Below are positions 34,034 through 48,392 of a stretch of DNA of 64,000 nucleotides, one piece after another. The position numbers and the translations under genes were made by a program. Source of the stretch: Phoronis australis (lineage: Eukaryota; Animalia; Phoronida); contig NMRA01000503.1 of the NCBI GenBank assembly GCA_002633005.1, positions 248,001 to 312,000 on the forward strand, in the 5' to 3' direction. The notes under the pieces are model-generated. The model made no database searches and was not told the origin of the DNA. It saw only the letters and a program-made list of their open reading frames with translations. Numbering within the stretch: the stretch's first letter is position 1; every line of letters begins with the position of its first letter.

Positions 34034-35567
34034 GTCGGCGTCAGGGGCTGATTCTGATGAACTGTTGGAAATGGATACAGAAATTGATGCCTCTCAACCA
34101 ATCGCAACAGCCTCAAGTTACCGTATTTCGTATAATATATGCCCAGCTCAGAGTTTCGACGAGCGGGAAAACATTACACCTCAATAAAAATGGCTAAAAA
34201 GTGTGCATGTAAGTAATTTCTGTTTTTTTTTCTTCCAAACTTATCACTTGCTTACGCGCTCACAATGATTAATCGCAACTCTTGAGAAGCATTGGCGTCT
34301 ATATCATGCGAAGTGAGATTAAGAAAGACCGGTAATTAACGGTATATACCAGGCTGTGGTCACGTCATATTTAAAAATCTCGTAGAATAATCATCTCAGT
34401 TTCAAATGAGACTGTGGACCTGCCTACTTAGAGCATGTCTTCTAGGCGTTTTCCCTCACCCCTTTAAGATGGGTAGGTCGGTAGATAAAACATTTTTCCA
34501 CATTTAATTGTTAGAAAGCTCTCATTCTTGTTGTAAAAATACCAATTTCTCTACTACAGTTGAAATATACGTTCTTCCAGAATGCAATTGAAATGTTTCG
34601 AGTTGCTCACAAATTTTACAATCTAATCTAGTTTGCGTTCTATCGAAGGGTTCATACAAAGAAAGTTGTCAAAGGGTACTTAAAAATTCTTATCCTAAGT
34701 CCAACCATAGAATTTTTCTTATATGGGAAAGTTTTATACTTCCGTCGCTTACTGCCACTCATCTCGATTGGCTGAAAAAAATACCAGCGGTTCACCCTCC
34801 TTGTACACCTATTTCCGGCTAATCGCGTGCGCTCATCTTCTGTGCAAACTCAAATGATAGCCATCAACTCTATAAGAGTACGAGCGCAGTCTAATCAAGG
34901 AAAGTAAGATAGTTGCGTTGCATATTGTGTTGTGAAACGTTGAAATCACAGATACACTTCGTCAATAATAGTACACGAACGATAGCAGGAAAAAAAACAA
35001 GGAATTGTTTTGTTTCTTTCTTCATGCAAACGAAGTCGACCAATGTTAATGAATAAATACAACAACGAAATACATTTCGAATTAAATACTAGGAGACCTT
35101 CAAACGATTTCTGACCGCTATCAAGAAAGCCCAGCCCCTATAAACTAGAAAACATAAAACAATAATTCTACAACATATATCTGGATTAAAATATTTAAAA
35201 TAGTGCAATATAGATGTAGATTCAGGATATCAGAGTATGAGTGGTTTCATTCGTCTAGAACATCTATGCTACTAAATCGGGGTCGCTTTGAACGGAATAA
35301 TCTTTCAGTGGAATCCCATTTTTTTTTCGTCAACTTACATACATGGTCTCAAGAAAAAGGCACAACGTACGCGCTGTCAGTGGGATTAACACTATCAGTC
35401 CCAGGGACGACTGAGTTAAATTCCACTAGTGTCCACCAAGGACTTTGGCGGATCCAGGGAGGAGGTGAAGGGGTCCGGACCCCCCTTTTTCCCTGTGATA
35501 TCAAATCTAGAATTTTCAAATTGTTGACTTGGCCTGTTGGACACCCTTTTTAAAAATCCTTGATAGA

Positions 35568-35772
35568 ACGAGCCCCCATTTGGCGAAGTGGGCAAAAAGG
35601 TCCAGAGAAACAAAAGTTCGAGAAAACGAGACAAACGTCCACTGAAAAGGCACAGACGCACAGTGAAGGTGGTACCCCGTTTTTTTTTAGTCCTCACGCT
35701 TATTTTGCCAGCAAAAGGTCCACATCGCCAGAAATTTGAACCCCGCCATGTTAAAGGCTGGGTGCGCGCATG
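35568..35772 (+). mobile_element. MITE family A, copy 2 (5'-truncated, abutting a GGCGGATCCAG-type element at ~35447-35562)
   Basis: Same core as 8974-9217; ends CTGGGTGCGCGCATG. Confidence 0.75.
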
Positions 35773-36956
35773 AACTGTGTTGAGTTACCGCAGAGTATTG
35801 TACTGAAGAGATTTGCAACAATAACTGATAACTATACGCCAGCCAGGTGAGTCACATTACCATGATTACAGTCGTAGGTGAACTCATTTCAAGAAGCAGT
35901 GACCAGAACCACGCCACTACCAGGTGTAGCGACCTTTAAGTGAAACTCGCAAAAACTCATTTCATCATCCAAGTCTTACCTGTAGTTTTGACAACTGAAT
36001 ACACCACAGCGATCCAAGCGATCAAAAATGTCTGATGGCCAACTTAGCGAGGGAAAAAAGACCTTTAATCTGAACGACAAAAGACCCGGATCTTTGTATC
36101 TCGATTATTACAGCACAGTGTATCCAAGTGCATTGACCTGAATGTATAAGTAGTCATGTTATTGTTCCGTGGCTACCTCGAACGGTGTTTACAAATCGCA
36201 GCCCCGCCAAATGCGCCAGACTCTTTACCTGTCTGATCGCCAGCAACCGCCACTAACATCTCGTAACAAGTGTCGCTGAGACTGAATTGAAACCCAATTG
36301 CCGAAACCAGCAGATTAACAAGACTATTTGAAAAATGTAATGTCTCATCTTTAAAATGTTTACAAATTAAATGACGAATATTGATCTGACCTGGTGCAAA
36401 CATAAGGAAAAGTCAAAAACGACGCGATTAGTTTAGTCGGTTTATACTAGGACCAATTTCAAATATTTATGCGATGATTTTCATGCCGTTAGAACTGAAA
36501 CACATTAGGTATTCAAAAGAAAAGCGAAAACTATAAACGCATCTTTTTGAAAACACTTCATCCTGGGTAATTTTTTGAAACGCCGATTTCATTCAACTCG
36601 TGCCAGTTAACGTCATGCAACTCTTAAGAAACGCTGGCCGGGTATCAGTGGTTGAATTAACTTGTGTGGGCGAATTTTTTTGGCAACACGAAGATGTGTT
36701 TTGGCGGATCTAGAATGTAGAAGTAGGGCAACACGTTTTCGAAGAAAAACGCCCACATAGACCCTATATTCTCCATGCCTATGCCTTCTTTGGTCGTTTC
36801 TGTAGGGGCATCTGGCTCTCCTGTCAACCCTCAATCCACCTATGAAAACGTATTTAGTGTTTTGGGTTATGTAAGCGTATTCGTGATGACGTACAAAACG
36901 ACACGAAAACGATACTCGTGAATAAAAAGTTTGAAAACGCGAACAAAACGTTGCGA

Positions 36957-39344
36957 TTTTGAAACGAGGCAGCCATCCCGGCCTCTGGAAAAAGCAAAAA
37001 AGATATCCCACTATGTCATTTTAAGTCTTTCGCGAAGATTTGTCCTTCAAATAGTAGTGTGATCGCCCACATCGCTGCATCCTAGCTAGATTCACCAGTG
37101 GTCTCATTCATGCCAGGCGCTATGTCCCAATCAAGATGAAACCGGAACTAGGCCCGGTACCCTCCAGCTTTAGTGCCTGTGTTCAGTAGTGTAGCGGAGC
37201 ATAGAAGCACGTGCACTGGACGAATTACATTACCTTTTTCATTTTTAATAAAAAGACATTAACCTTTCGCTCGGTCATTTGACTAGAAAAAACTCCCTGG
37301 AAAGCGAGGTCAGAACTTCAGTTTTAAAACATAAGGTTGGTGAAACCGTAGAAAAATTCAAAAAATTTTGTAACTTCGGAACATTATTTTCGGAATGGCC
37401 AATCTGATTCAAACGAAACTTTATGGCAATATATTTTATGAGCTATTCTCCAGACATCTGCTTAGAATTGTTACTAAAATGTTCCACTTTTACGTGAGGG
37501 GCTATGAGAGAATGGGACTTGTGGGATTTTTCTAAAAATTCAAAACTTACATGAAACAAAATACGAAATTATTATTTAGAAGAAATATGACGCAGTTTTT
37601 CAGATTCCGCCCTGAGCCTCTATATCCGAAAAGAAATTCTTCCACTTTAGTTTACTGATACTGTTACTGAGTTATATACTATAGATTCGTAGATATTTGG
37701 CTAAACGTATGGACTTGACCATAAGGTTCCACAGTCTTGATCCTGAACACACACTTCTCGGCGTGTCACAAACCAGCCATATCCATTTAAAGGGTACTAA
37801 ACCCGGCTTCGGCCTATTAAAAGATATTGGAAACGACTTTCTTATACTGAAAAGTGGCCCTGCGGAAGCATGATGAACGACACTCGGAATTCCGTGTGTG
37901 TGGGCATCAGTGCGCATGCCTTGGTCGTAAGCATACCGATCACATCGCTACCACGTGCACACGCTTTTATGCACTGTACTTGTTTGAGATTCAGCCACTG
38001 GATCGGGGTTCCCTTGATTTTGTTTACTTTTGGCGATCACTACCAGTTTTAATAAATTGCAACTATTCAAGTCAAAGGTGGTCGTCATAGGCCTACTACG
38101 TAACAGTAAACTGAATGGGTTTCCCAGATTTCAACCGATGANTTTTGAAACGAGGCAGCCATCCCGGCCTCTGGAAAAAGCAAAAAAGATATCCCACTAT
38201 GTCATTTTAAGTCTTTCGCGAAGATTTGTCCTTCAAATAGTAGTGTGATCGCCCACATCGCTGCATCCTAGCTAGATTCACCAGTGGTCTCATTCATGCC
38301 AAGCGCTATGTCCCAATCAAGATGAAACCGGAACTAGACCCGGTACCCTCCAGCTTTAGTGCCTGTGTTCAGTAGTGTAGCGGAGCATAGAAGCACGTGC
38401 ACTGGACGAATTACATTACTTTTTTCATTTTTAATAAAAAGACATTAACCTTTCGCTCGGTCATTTGACTAGAAAAAACTCCCTGGAAAGCGAGGTCAGA
38501 ACTTCAGTTTTAAAATATAAGGTTGGTGAAACCGTAGAAAAATTCAAAAAATTTTGCAACTTCGGAACATTATTTTGGGAATGGCCAATCTGATTCCAAC
38601 GAAACTTTATGGCAATATATTTTATGGCAATATATTTTATGAGCTAATCTCCAGACAACTGTTTAGAATTGTTACTAAAATGTTCCACTTTTACGTGAGG
38701 GGCCATGAGAGAATGGGACTTGTGGGATTTTTCTAAAAATTCAAAACTTACATGAAACAAAATACGAAATTATTATTTAGAAAAAAAATATGACGCAGTT
38801 TTTCAGATTCCGCCCTGAGCATCTATATCCGAAAAGAAATTCTTCCACTTTAGATTACTGATACTGTTACTGAATTATATACTATAGATTCGTAGATATT
38901 TGGCTAAACGTATGGACTTGACGATAAGGTTCCACAGTCTTGATCCTGAACACACACTTCTCGGCGTGTCACAAACCAGCCATATCCATTAAAAGGATAC
39001 TAAACCCGGCTTCGGCCTATTAAAAGATATTGGAAACGACTTTCTTATACTGAAAAGTGGCCCTGTGGAAGCATGATGAAGGACACTCGGAATTCCGTGT
39101 GTGTGGGCATCAGTGCGCATGCCTTGGTCGTAAGCATACCGATCACATCGCTACCACGTGCACACGCTTTTATGCACTGTACTTGTTCGAGATTCAGCCA
39201 CTGGATCGGGGTTCCCTTGATTTTGTTTACTTTTGGCGATCACTACCAGTTTTAATAAATTGCAACTATTCAAGTCAAAGGTGGTCGTCATAGGCCTCCT
39301 ACGTAACAGTCAACTGAATGGGTTTCCCAGATTTCAACCGATGA
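36957..39344. repeat. Near-identical 1.2-kb tandem duplication (36957-38141 and 38143-39344) joined by a single N
   Basis: The two copies differ by scattered substitutions and small indels; N at 38142. Confidence 0.93.
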
Positions 39345-40488
39345 GAATGACTGAATGTAATGACGTCGTTTCATTACTTTAACCAATTATTGAGAAGCCA
39401 TGTTAAACAAATCAACAGTGCTACTTGTGAAAGAGTGTAAACTTTTACTTGAATCCTGCTCAAGTGGGACGCCATTAAGTTAACACACGAGGTGACAGAA
39501 CGAGGAATGGTTGAAATCACCAAAACAAGGTTTAGTATGCTACGCATTTAAGGAAGGTGTCTTTTAACACAATCTTCTGTGAAGGGCCTAAGGGTTAGGG
39601 AAATTGCAAAAGGGTCAACTTCTTCAGAAGGGTTTCAAATTCCCTGCCGTGATGTAACTTAGCTGTTGGGATTAAAAACTAAACAGCGGGATTAGGGATT
39701 AGGCCTATGCCATGGGAACAAACCTCCACCATTACAAAATGGTGACCTACCTTTCATAGAAGCTTCCTACAAATGAGTCACTTTTAATCATGCTAATTCC
39801 AAAAAGGATGGGCTTTTATCGTGGGTATTCTAACTTCCCAGCAGCGCCCCCTCGTCTAAATAGTGGAGCACTTCCCCCCGAACAATCTTGCACGGTCTCT
39901 GTTGCATTCCATTTGAAATCGGAGCTGCTGCTTACTAGGTTTGTCGTCATGAAAAAAAAAATACAAATAAAACCATGCAGATACAGCCCCAAAGTCAGTC
40001 CTCATTGCCCACAAGCTTGTAGTGATCTCGAACACGTGCCCGAAACATCCATTTCGTAACGGTTGATTGACCAACAGGCTTGTCGGTTGTTACCATACAG
40101 CAAACAAAGAACAACAAATACTGACTAAATATACTGAATCATAAACACCACATGTTTATAAATTGTATATATTTAACTAGCGTTCCATTCATATACGTTT
40201 TCCTTGAAGCGGAAATAATCATGTTTCGAAAAAAATACATCTTGGTGGGCATATGCACTGGCAAATTGCGCCCGGCCTCTATAATAATATAATACCCTGG
40301 TTTTCTACAGGTAAAATCCCGAAGGTTGATGTTTCTTGCATTGGGAACACTTTAAAGTGGTAAGACCTATCTCACATCTCTATGCAACGTGTCACACTCA
40401 GTGTAAATACTATGTACGCACAATGTCAGCATTGGCTTATTTAGTAAATGCGTGACAAGTGCGTTTCCGTATTCTAGCCCCTTACGTC

Positions 40489-43400
40489 TTAACGCTGTAC
40501 AAAGCAAATCTCGAAGTCGTATGGAGAGTACGTAATTCCTAACTTCCCATCGGTTCGTGGTAGCTCAGCGCCACCTGGCAGCTGGATATCAAAATTTTGT
40601 AAAATTGAAGTTGTGAAAAGAAATAGCTCCATTTTCGCCAAAGACTTTCCAATGCACGACCGTGGACCTGAAATCAAACAGAGGGCGGAATTTGTTAATG
40701 GCTAGCGACGATGTCTATGAAAAAAAATACGAAGACGTGCCACAGATATGCGACAAACAAATTGAAGTCAATAGCCAAAATGCGAATCATCCAAAAGCTG
40801 TTACATTGGAAAGCCCGTGAAGGGCATTTCTTTTCTCAGGAAACACCACGAGACAAATGTCTTGAAGCCATATTTGGAGTAAGTAAAACACGTGTTTAAA
40901 ATTTTACTAGAGATTGTAGATCAAATTTAGGGGTCACCAAGTACGATCTTGGACAAGAAACCCTTCTACCCGGTACATAAAACACAATGTATTCGAGAAC
41001 GGAATAATTGACACTAGTCTTGACTAGTTTCTCACAAAAGTAGAATGAAAAATGCTTAAAATAATTTCGAGTCCGATTACGAGTACAAAGTTTAAACCCC
41101 AGCACCTGATAATTTCATCAGACCAATCATCTCCGGGATTTTTCCCCGTCTAACATGCTTCAGCAACAACCTCGTTTTGGGATTTCTTGCAATTTCCACC
41201 GGCACCAGTCGATTTTCAGACCGATTCGACCAGTGCAGCACCCATTGGTCTCGATAAAAGGTTTTTCATTATTTTTGGGAGGGGAGCGTTTCCGGCTGAT
41301 ATCTAGATAACCAATTGATAGATTTCAAAAGAACTGAACACAGAGGCACGCGACGGCACTGCTCCGGGTCCAGTTAATTTTCGGGCGAACTCATCCACTG
41401 CAGCACTACCTAGTGTTCATTTTGTCCAGCTGTCCTGTTGTCCAGTGGTCTGCTAGTTATTGCAAAAGTCCCTGGTCGTACTTTGATGAAATTTGGCACT
41501 GATAATGGTGCATGCGTTGTAGGCCATGGGGCGGTACTTTTCAGTATTTTTGGGGAAGAGCGTTTCCTGGTAGAGAACTCACTGACAGATTTCAACGAAG
41601 CTTTAACACTGAAATATGTGATGGCAAATGTGGTGGTACCAGCCGATTTTCGGGCGAATTTGACTTGTACTGCAGCAGCAAACCCCAAGCGGCCTTTCCA
41701 TTTTGGAAATGATGGCAGCTACCCGCCAAGTTCGAGTGCATCAAGTAAGTGCTATGTCCGTTATATCATTTTGTGTCTATCTTTGTATCTGCCAAAGTTC
41801 ATGACTGTTCTTAACAGAAAGAAGTAGACTAGACCTGATGATTTTTGGATGCCAAGTGCTGTGTCCCTTTGTGGCATGTCTTATATGTTGAAACTGTTCA
41901 TTTTTGAACCTTTTGATTTGTCGCTTGTTTTAAAAGGTAACATTTTGTCCTACACTTTTTGTCAAATCTGACTATTGCAACTACCACTTGTGGTCAAATC
42001 TTCTCTTTGTATCTTACATGAAATTGATAAGCATTAGAAACATCCATTTCATGTGATCTGTGGGCGCATATCAAGTCTTCGCATTGCTCTTGTTGCTCTT
42101 CGAATTACAACTCGTGCCATTTTAGTGGGAATTGAAGTTACGTTTTTCCGTATTTGCGATACAACCATTACAACACTGACATTGCGCAGCGCTCCGTCAG
42201 TACAGGTACTGAATAAATGGTCCCAACTACTTACCAAGCCCAAAAGGAATAAAGTGCTCTGGTAAGAAGAATTTATCCTCATTGTCTAAAAATCGAACGG
42301 GGTCGAAAACATGTGGGTCCCTCCACAGTTTAGGGTCAAAGTTCACCGCTCCGAAGTTCTGCACAATCGATGTACCCTTGGGTATGGTGTATCCTCTTAG
42401 TTCGACTTCTTCTGCTGTGCAGTGCATCATTCCTATGTTTCCAACTTTCCCCATCCGCTGACACTAGAAATACATAAACACAGTAAATCTTTGGGTATGC
42501 CTATCAGTCATAAACGATTTAGTCAAAACAGTACTTGACACAACGTTTATACAAACAAAACTTTATTTCCAACAGAACTTTTCTTATAACATTATATTTC
42601 CATCAGGCAATTTTAGCTCTGCAAACAATAAAATCGTTAGGTAATTCGTATACCTCCGCAAGCATTGCTTGACAGAAATTCAAGTTGGGTTTATCATTCA
42701 TCGATGGCGGTCTGTCTGGGCCGACAACAGTGAGAATCTCGTCACGTGCCTTTTGGCAGACTTCAGGATGTCTAAGCATAAATAACATTATCCAACGTAG
42801 ATCTGTCTGTGTTGATTCCGTTCCTCCAATAAAAAGTTCCGTGAGAACTTTCAGCATTTGTTTATCTATAACGAGAAAGTTTGTATCATTTTCACATTCA
42901 AAACGTAATACTTTTTACAAAAACGTAATGTTAACGAAGAAGAGAAATAACGATTGTAATAGCTAGATCCGTATGTGCTTTCAGTTTAATAAACCACTCT
43001 CCAAATAAATAAAAAAAATCATAATTTTAAAGGATATCTTTTTGAAAAGCTTAGAAATAGACTCTGAAACAAACGAACAACATAATGTTCACTCTACCAA
43101 GATCAGACTGGATGACACTACCTTCACCTCAAATGTCGCACCGAAGATTACGATTAGACAGTAGCAGTGGTGTGTTAACGGAAATAATTATATAGCGAAG
43201 AAATCAACTGAACAGTGTTGCAATATTCTCCAGTCGGATTCACGAAGTCATATGCAGGGCTTGCCCAAAGATCCGGACATTTATCGGCTCGGTGTCGCTG
43301 GGAATTTTCTCTGGCAGTTCCCACACAGAAGACATACAACACGCCCTTTCATATGAACACTGGCGTAGCTAGCCATGGGGGCACAACGGGTCCATACTCC

Positions 43401-45257
43401 CGCTGTTCATTACAAAAAAACCTCCCCCGATTGAAACTCATTTCAATTTTGCGTTTAACCCAACCTGTCCATTGCAAAGTGTCCTCAGGTTGACATTCAT
43501 TTCACCCCCTTTCCTGTAGCCAACAATTTCGCGTTTGGCTATGCCAATGCACTACACCCATTTAGTGTGTACGAGTGCAAACAAGCGTTTGCAAGAAATG
43601 CCACAACTAGCAATGTTGATTGTTAATTTTCTACTTGCAAATATAGACATAAGTACTTTTGTATCAAAATAGTACCGATTAAATGGCTGTTTTACCTGTA
43701 AAATTTGAGGCATGTTTTCGGTCAGACATTTCAAGCAGATACGCATCTATAAAGTCTCGCACATTATCACCGTCAAAGCTCCGTTTGTGCTCCTCAATTA
43801 TTCCACATAACATGGTTTCAATGTCCTTTATGCTACCAATAATTTTGTTATAATTTAGTAAGTCTCCAGGTATAAACTTGAATGCCGTTAATATGGGGAA
43901 AATATCCATCAAAGCAATATGCTGAGCAGTTGAGGAGAACGTTCCCATGCAATTGAGAATTCGCACCATGTTTTCGTCGCCATATTGAAATCGTCTTCCC
44001 AGTACCACCTGGCAAATGACGTTGCAAATAGCGTTGCCGAATAAGGTTTTGGGATTCATCGATTTGCCACCATGCGTCTTGAGGCATTCTACGAAGGTGC
44101 GGATCTCTTCTGCAATAACGGGTTCAAAGGTTAGCTTTCCTAAGCCAAATCCATGCAGCTGATTTACAGCAAATTCTCTCTGCTCTTGCCAAACCAGACC
44201 GTCGTTCATTACGATTCCTGTAAAACATGTTCGATGGAATGAATATAGCAAAGACCAATGTAACCTTTACGACATAACGGTCTCGGCCTACTCAAAGCAG
44301 TAATTAACCCGCCTGGCTTCAACTGTTTTGAATGAAATTGATCTCAAAATAGTCCTTTGTCATAGTCGATTTCAGAGTTTAGAAAGAACTGTCGTTTCGC
44401 TTTATTTAAGACCACATAATATAAGTTGCATGACTTGTTACGGCGTCAATTTATGAGGAACTGTCAATTCTTTTCAATGTGAATCTAGCCAGTTTAGCAG
44501 TAAGTGGTCTGAATAATTCCTAAGTTGTTTTTTGACGGCTTTGGGTTTATAGCAGTGTTCTCACGTCGATATAGAAATCACAATTAAGATGCATCAACCG
44601 AAATTCCGCGTATAAGCTTAAAGGAATCTGCTGTAAATGTCACCATTACATACAAATTAAAGGCTGTGTGACAATTGCGCACCCTCAGACTTGTGTTGGG
44701 GTTTTGTGTTGAAAGGGTAGGCCTATTGTGACGGGGTGTTGTGATGAGCGGGTATTGTGTTGAGCGGGTGTTGTGATGAGCGGGTATTGTGTTGAGCGGG
44801 TGTTGTGTTGAGCGGATGTTGTGTTGGGTGTTGTTTTGAGGCGTTGCGTTGACGAGTGGTGTCCTGTGAAGTGGTGCCATCTATCGTTCATTAAAATCCA
44901 AACTGACCTACCATGATACTCGGCGATATCCCGCCTTATCAAGTTGTGCGGCCTGGCACAAAAAGAACGCCCTTTCTTGACATAGGCCTCTCTGATGACT
45001 CCATAAGTATTAAGAACCACATAAGGTTTACTACCGTAATACAAAGTAAACACATCGCCGTGAACCTGTCCGATCTTGAGCAGCGTCTGCGCAAGCTGTC
45101 CCTTCAGTATATGAAGGTTACCGATGATAGGGAAAGGCCTCGGTCCAGGTGGAAGCCCGCTTCGTCTTTTGACTGATGAGAAAACCAAATATACCGTCAC
45201 TAAAAGCAGTAGGAGCAGCAACAGAGTATGAGGCTCAAGCGTCGTGTAATAGTCCAT
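40489..45257 (-). CDS. Cytochrome P450, clan 2 (CYP2-like, microsomal); exons 45257-44912, 44217-43696, 42865-42654, 42463-42235, 40667-40489; 495 aa
   Basis: N-terminal Leu-rich anchor, PPGPRPFPIIGN hinge, WQEQR C-helix, I-helix ELFIGGTEST, K-helix ExxR (E|CQR across a junction), FDPVRF (PERF) and heme motif PFGLG|PRSCIG. Phases consistent; total 1488 nt. Confidence 0.93.
44705..44850. repeat. Degenerate GT-rich minisatellite (GTGTTGAGCGGGTGTT-like) in CYP intron 1
   Basis: Repeated TTGTGTTGAGCGGG / TTGTGATGAGCGGG units. Confidence 0.8.
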
Positions 45258-48146
45258 CGTGACCTACGCAGACCTTGTCACAAATAGCCGACTACATCGA
45301 TAAGGAATTCTACATCCGGGCCGGTAACATACCTCACTTTCAATCTAGGTCTACTACAAGTATAATAGGCCTACACAACAAAAGGAACACGCTATACTAG
45401 CACGCAGGTATCACTTAATTTTCCGCGGTAATTTTTTTACACCGGCGTTTCTGATTGGCTAGTCGAATTCTCAACAGGCAGCGCTTTGCGCAAACTAGCA
45501 TGGCTGATGGACTGAAGTGTGTGGTCTGTTGTACAGACAAATCGGTGCTTAAAATTTATGTTCAGGAAATGTGAAGCTTAGAAATTGTGACTGAGCCTTT
45601 TCGGAATGCATCTTTCTACTGTCGATGACTTTTGTTTACGATAGTGTCCTTATACAGTATGAATAACACACCGGTTAAATCGGCCACATAATATGTGTTT
45701 ATTGTGCATGTATGTGCTTCAAGCACGAGGCTATTAAATATCACTGCAGAAACGAAATAGTTGCTGCGACGCTACTTGCATCAAGGCTAAAAATCGTTCA
45801 CAGTCCGCCATTTTTTCACGGTGTTATAAAGCTTACCAATGACTGTCAAGATTACATCGACCAATGCTAAAGCGCGAGCAACTGCGTGATACCTGCGTGC
45901 TGGCTGGGCTAAGCACGCAGGGAACCAGCGAGGCTATACCCTCTGACACAGCGCCACCTATACTGCAAACTTTAGCACTGTGATAGAGTGTAGGCACGCT
46001 AAGGAACCAGCGAGCACGCTATGACGTTCGTGGGCATTCTGATAGATGGCGCGGGAAGACACCGAGGCTTCATTTCTCAAAATTTCCAACCCGGTTGGAA
46101 AATTTGAGGTTATCTCATACTTGAAGCGTTTCAAGTTTTTTCAAGAGTGGCTCCCAAAGCGTATTTCGCTGGTACATTCCAGAACGGTCAAATAATACGA
46201 CACGTAGAGAAATTGACTCAGCAGAATGTTTTTGTTTTTTAAACAGTTTTATCCCTGGTGTACGATTATTTCCTGCAGCACTATTTACTTATCAACAACC
46301 TACATGGCATTGAAATCACAACGACTTCTTAGTTGATTCATTGCAGTAATGTTGGACTTCACGGATATGGTTAATTTCCCTCCAAGGTCATCAAATCTGA
46401 CTCCGAGAGGCAAATATTGGTTAAAAAGAATCTTCAATCTGAAATAGTGAGATTTTCATTCTCAGGTCTCCTAAGACACACTATTATAGTGACCTCACTG
46501 TACCAGTGGTTAAAGGCGGGTTACCTGATATCCACTCGCGGAAAAAGTGCGACGCCGAGTTCAAGATTGCCAGATTTGATACTCATGCACGCCAAAGGTG
46601 TGAATAATGATATAGGTGTTCTGTGTCATTACAAATCTGTCATGAATAGACTGTAGTAGTTATACACACGTTTTTGTTTGTATATTTCCACTCATTGTGC
46701 TTGTTTCCTCAGTTGGATGTCATGACCCCTATTTTTCTTAGTATTAATTGTTTGTCACCATGTGGTCGACTGTTCTAACATGCTTTTTTACATTATTTTA
46801 CCTGAATGAACTTTGACGAAAATGAATGGAAATAGTTCAAGTGCACCACTCATAATATTCCAGTTTCTTCAGTGTCGAAAAGATTCCTGACGTGTTCCGT
46901 GTTTAAAAATTCTCATCATGTTTATGTAAAACCTTGTCGACAGGTTAGTGCATTTAGCGACATATCTACAAAACTATAGATTTTGACTTAATAAAAATAT
47001 ATATTTTCTGAAAGTGCAAAGTCTATAGAGTTAGATTTTTGTATTTTTATTAGTCTATTATTAATTGGGTAACGTGACCATGTCCTTTATTTAAAATTTA
47101 ACAACAATGCAGGAATGTAGATGGCAAAACAACGGTATCACTGAATAACACGATAATTTTTTATTTGGTGTATATCAAAAACGCTGTTACAGTTTTCTAA
47201 AGTATCATTTCACAAAAGTCCTATATTTGATAGCCTTTCATGCAAACGTGGAAATTTTTAAAAACAATCCCCAACAGTGTTTTTGTGAACAGCGCATAAA
47301 GCATAATATCTTAAAGGTTCATATGAATCCGATCAGCCATCTCTGAGATATGATGTTACTAAATCAGCCAAATTTGACCATTTTTATGGGGACCTAGGTC
47401 CTACCGTAGGCCGTGGATGAAACTGTTCATTTAGAACTGAATGGCAGTAGTGTAGCGCAACTAACGAGGGACCTGATTTTGAAAATGACTTGGCACTGGA
47501 ACACTAAATCAACATTTGTAGATTCACTCTATGTGACTGAACAGGAATCAACAGACCCGTCAGATGCTGAAATCATTAGGATAATGTCAAGCTCGTTTGG
47601 CACCCCATATAAACTGTAAAAACGTTTCAAATAAAATTGGTTTCACAGTTTCCTACTTGCTTTTCTTTGAAAAGAATCCTGTAGGTAGGACACCCACTTC
47701 GGTTGACATTTATTAATTACTAGTATGAAAAAATAACGTATTCCCTCCAGACGACAAACGATATGTAGGAGGGGCAGACTAAATAAACGATTAACATCAG
47801 TTGAATAGCATCAGTGTACTTTATTAGCTTGACGATAAGTTCACTCGACACATATATTGTCTTCCAGGCAACATTATGTATAGACATCCACGGCATATAC
47901 TGTCGCACCCGGCACCTATTGTCGCCCAGGGGACGACAACACGTGTCTAATGAGACATCATGTGCTGTTACTTTGTGATGCTTCTAACATTATCGAAATT
48001 GTATTCCTGTGAATATGTAGGCCTGCGCGATGCACTCTGTAGACCAAAATGAACGCATGAGCGAATTCAAATTTGAAGAGGGCGGGCCGGATATGCGGAT
48101 CCAAAGTGAGGGAAAATATAAACGTATAAAATGCGACTTATATCAT

Positions 48147-48392
48147 CATTGCCGCACCCGGGGGGGGGGGGCGGTGTCTCGAGGGGCTCCAACGAGCCCC
48201 CCATTTGGCGAAGTGAGCAAAAACGTCCATCTCAGAGAAACAAAACGTCAGAGAAAACGAGACAAAATCCACTAAAAAGGCGCCAATGCAAAATTCATAA
48301 CTCTGAACGTGGTACCTCGTTTTTTTGTTAGTGAAGGGTCCGCATTGGCAAAAATTCGAACCCCCCTATATTTTAGGATGGGTGCGCGCATG
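48147..48392 (+). mobile_element. MITE family A, copy 3
   Basis: Same core; ends GGGTGCGCGCATG; degenerate left TIR. Confidence 0.75.

Noticed and set aside
39588-39705. TTAGGG-like motifs
   Set aside because: Only a few scattered degenerate units; not an interstitial telomere array.
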